Positions 60,309 through 64,000 of a DNA stretch of 64,000 nucleotides are shown piece after piece. The stretch is from Amoebophrya sp. A120. Taxonomy: Eukaryota > Protista > Dinoflagellata. Position 1 is the first letter of the stretch. Every line of letters starts with the position of its first letter. The translations under genes were made by a program, and so were the position numbers. Under the pieces are notes generated by a model. The model made no database searches and had not been told where the DNA came from. It saw only the letters and a list, made by a program, of their open reading frames with translations. The stretch lies in NCBI GenBank assembly GCA_905178155.1, contig CAJINV010000001.1, forward strand, positions 11,092,311 through 11,156,310. Direction: 5' to 3'.

Positions 60309-62590
60309 ATGCCCGGCATGGCTGCGACAGAATCTATGCAGCGAGTTACCGACTGTCCTCGGCGATTAGTCTATCTGCTTGACCAGCTTTCGAAAACGGC
60401 AGCAAAGACGGGCTGTCTGCCGCAGCCACCACGGCGGACCCACACTTTCGATCAATCTATAGATCCTGGTGTACAAGGTGTTGACCATGCAGGAGCAAGC
60501 GTTTTCGGAAATGGGGTCCCCGATGGCATGCGTGCAGAAGTCTGGCACCACGATAGTTCGGACGCAGCATCGGGCTCGACGAGTTGGGCCATGGCCGCAA
60601 CGACTAGCGACCGGCATTCGAAGAAAGATGCCAGACAAGAATTTCTCGGAGTCTGGAATGTTTACGCAACCACAGCGCGGGTACGATATGGAAGCAGATG
60701 GCGGTGCTCCCTGCTGACGTGTCATAGGCGACCAGTGCTGTGCTTCTAGAGAGCGTGCTGACATCAATTTTGCATTGTAACAACGTACACGTTACTGTGT
60801 TGCTGCACCTTTTCAAAACCGATACTACACTAGATCAAGATAGAACACAGCTGCTCAACATGTACAACCAAGTGCAAGTGTGTATCGGTCGCCTGTGATC
60901 ATGGTGACTTTTTTCGCGTGTACAGGACGACCTGGTTCCCAGCATGACTATCTCGGAGCTCGCAACGGTCGTGCGTTGCTGTTGTCGCGTCCGTTTCACG
61001 AAGCACTCACTGCTGAAGCGGATCTCGGATCGGCTCTACGTCCTGCTTGAGAAAGCGTTTTTGCAGCAAACACTGGCAGAGACGACTACAAGAACAGCAC
61101 GGACCACACGGTCCACTGGAAGCTTAACAACCACGAGTCCAAGTTCGGGCCCTAGCAACGATGGTGCCTACCACGACAGCAAGAAGATCCTAGACGCGAG
61201 AGAACTTTGTCAATTTTTGCACGACCTCGCGAAACTCGAGTATCTGAAACCGGACCTCTTTCTGCGGTGGCGTAATTTGGTCACCGCACACGCGAGGGGC
61301 TTGGGAGCCTGGCGGTCCTTCGACCTGCCTCTGCTGGTGACCACCCTGGCGCGCATCGGACTGCGGGACACGTATTTACTCGCTGCCGTCAGTCGCGAGT
61401 TGGCGTCTCGACTCCAGAATGATCTTCAGGACGAGCCTTCGCAGAAGCTATCCGCAAGACGGGCGGACGCGAGCGCGGGAGTGGCTGCGTTCCTCTACGG
61501 AACCGCAGTGTTGAATTACGTGGATCCGCACGTGCTCGATGTCCTCGACTACAGTAGAAGCTTGCTATACGAGTTTTCCGTGCGGGAGCGAACTAATGTC
61601 GCATTTGCGCTTTTACTCTACCGCGTCGTCGCCATGGATCCTGTGCGAGGTGCTGTGAACAGTGGAAGTTTGATAGCTGTTGACGACAGCCCCCGCCCGA
61701 GGACAGCACACAGCTACCCTGATCACGACCACCCGACGGCCACCGAACGACCTGGGGCTGCTGCACGTCAAATAGACAAGTTTTTTTCTGCTCTCATCCT
61801 TGACAACCGGGTGCTCGCGGAAACTGACACCCGAGCCCGACATCAGCTTCGGATTCTTGCAGCGAGCGTAGAATGTGGGTTGATTTCGACGGCCACGCAG
61901 GATGACACAACTTCTGTGCGTTCCGGCGAAGGACGACCTACTGGTTTCGACGAGCTCTTGGACGCCCACGGGCTTCGTGGTAAGGGGAGACATGGGTCGT
62001 GTGTGGAGTTGACAACGAACACGCACACATCTGTGTTCCAAAAATCAGCGCGGCGCGTCTTTGAGGAGCTTGGTGTCGTCTACAAGGAGGAAGTTCGCGT
62101 GGGTCCTTACCAAGTGGACTATCTGCTGAAGCATCGGGTCGCGGTAGAATTCGACGGCTATTCGCATTTCTACTTGAACTTGCACAGCGCCGAAGAGCAG
62201 CGTGAAGTTCTGCATCGTCAAGATGATGATCGGGTGGCTACGGCGACACCGGAGCAGGCACCGAGATCAGCAGACAACATCCCCCGAGGAATGGAAAAGG
62301 CAGTGGCCGACAAGAGTTGCATGCAGCACCTGCGAAAAGCAAAGACGCTGCTGAAGCACGCGCTACTGGAAGCGATGGGTATTCGGGTCGTCAGCGTCCC
62401 GTATGCGGATTGGCTTTCGGGTCGGCAGTTTGAGAAAAGAAAGGAGTTTTTCGTCAATTCGCTTTTTCAGCAAACCGGTTCGACACAGTTGTCTGAGTTT
62501 CAACAGCAGTTCGGGATCCGTAGGAATCAAAGCGGTCAACATGAAAATCCTCGTGACCAAAACACGAGGACGTGCGGTGTCGTTTGTTAG
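60309..62590 (+). CDS. RAP-domain helical-repeat protein (putative organellar RNA-binding)
   Basis: C-terminal GPYQVDYLLKHRVAVEFDGYSHF...LKHALLEAMGIRVVSVPYADW is a typical RAP signature. GT-AG intron 60681-60925 joins ORF 60309 to ORF 60944 in phase 0. Confidence 0.85.
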
Positions 62591-63631
62591 ATTTGCAGAG
62601 ATGGCTCGGGCGGAACAAAATATTCCGAAGCAGAAGAAATTACTCTTCTGGAAGATGCTTTTATACCGCACTATCGGATGTCAAGTCGACACAATAGAAG
62701 AGCCGACTACAAGCTACACAGTTTTGCCAGATCCAGGTCCTTGCATTTATTTGTTTGAGTTGTGTGCTTTTCTGCCTCCTGATCCCTCCTTTGTTCGTGA
62801 ACACACCGAGGGCGGAGCAAGATGCTGTTCTATTTGTTTCGCTTTCCGTTTCCGTAATTTTCATGTTGTGAGCGGCTCCGGCCCCCCCAAAATCAAAAAG
62901 TGCCTGCGTTGCGCTTTGTCGTCGATGTTTGTGTTGTATCTATCAGTATGATCTCTTTGCGTTCATAACTGAGGAGACATCTAGAAGCAAGGAACAAACT
63001 TACGCACCCTTCTTTTGTTTCTTGAGCATTGATAGGCCTGGCTTGACTACGAGTGAAACGCAGAGTTGTATACCAAAATGACGAATGAGGAAGAAACCTC
63101 AATGCAAGAGGAACAGGGAGACTGAAACTTTTGGTTTTGTCGAATGCGATCAACTTGATCTTTGCACCTACAAAGCTCCGAGTAGATCTCCGCCGTAACT
63201 AGTCGGTGGCGCAGTTACAGCTTACTCCTTCTTGTTATCGAAATTTCAAAGTAGGAGTAGGAGCTGATTAGGCACTGTATTACAAGTGGCACTGGAGTAG
63301 CTTTTTGCAGCTGGCGCTGCTCCTGCTTCTTCTAGTACTTCTTACTTACAAATAAGAGCGCTCGGATAACTTTTGTCACAAAAATAACGAAACACTATCA
63401 CCAGCACCAGGTGCAGTTTCTTGCTCTTGCAACACTTTTTGTTTATGAGAAAGGTCGATAAGTACACCCTTTTACCCTCAGTATTTTCTGAGATGGAAAA
63501 CGTAGGAATTACAATCTGTTGCTTTTACTCAGGAAAAATTGCAGCCTAATGCTGGTCTGAAAGCCATATGCTACAGAGATTGACTCTGCGCATGGTCGTG
63601 CAACAGCTTCAGTAGCATCTGTCGAGCAATC

Positions 63632-64000
63632 ATGCCTCCTGTAACGCTTGTTACCCGCGAGGACGCGGAGCGAGAGGAGCTTGAACATGAACTCCGAAGC
63701 CGGACGTCACGGACTGGGACTGCCTGCAACGTCCGTATCGTTGCAGCACATGGTTTGGACGACGTAGCAAGAGCAACTAGGAAGAGTAGAAAAGATGAAA
63801 ACCGGCCAGTCACAAGCGCGTTGCCAGAACCAGAAGGTTGCGTTCCAAAGTACGAATTTCCTGACATGAGCCCATCTGTGGGCGAGGAACGTGAGCAGGG
63901 TCTGCAGGAACTGGCGATGGAATTGCGGCAGCAACAGCAGGGCAAAACTGGGTACACACTTTTGAATCTGGAGAAGGGATCCGCGCGGTCGGCCTGTTGG
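63632..64000 (+). CDS. 5' part of an unknown gene, open to the window end
   Basis: Frame from ATG 63632 (MPPVTLVTREDAERE...) has no stop through 64000. Confidence 0.55.
   Translation, partial: MPPVTLVTREDAEREELEHELRSRTSRTGTACNVRIVAAHGLDDVARATRKSRKDENRPVTSALPEPEGCVPKYEFPDMSPSVGEEREQGLQELAMELRQQQQGKTGYTLLNLEKGSARSACW

Overview
Eukaryotic, intron-rich genomic DNA. Every supportable gene lies on the + strand (about 10 host genes in one unidirectional cluster). Co-orientation, many non-canonical introns with terminal inverted/direct repeats, and highly divergent secreted proteins point, by inference, to a parasitic dinoflagellate (Syndiniales, Amoebophrya-like). Contents in order: a large unknown multi-exon gene (<141-~8.4 kb); a secreted Cys-rich multi-exon gene (~10.1-23.2 kb) whose introns hold GC-rich inserts and probably a three-part satellite block with a 500-N gap; a 5'-truncated RTE-type non-LTR retrotransposon with a 15-bp target-site duplication; a His-rich putative secreted protein; two related secreted proteins with a repeated helical L-x-x-D-x-x-F motif, flanking an intronless PLAC8-like gene; a large PAN/Apple adhesin-like gene; a small unknown gene; a RAP-domain gene; and a gene running off the right end. 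The strongest signals are (1) a set of GT...AC (and one GT...TG) introns whose two ends base-pair, often through G-U wobble pairs, and whose removal restores the reading frame, (2) a candidate 20-nt micro-intron, and (3) recurrent S-F/L-L-Q/E motifs resembling apicomplexan aspartyl-protease maturation sites. All exon joins were deduced by hand from frame logic, without transcript data.
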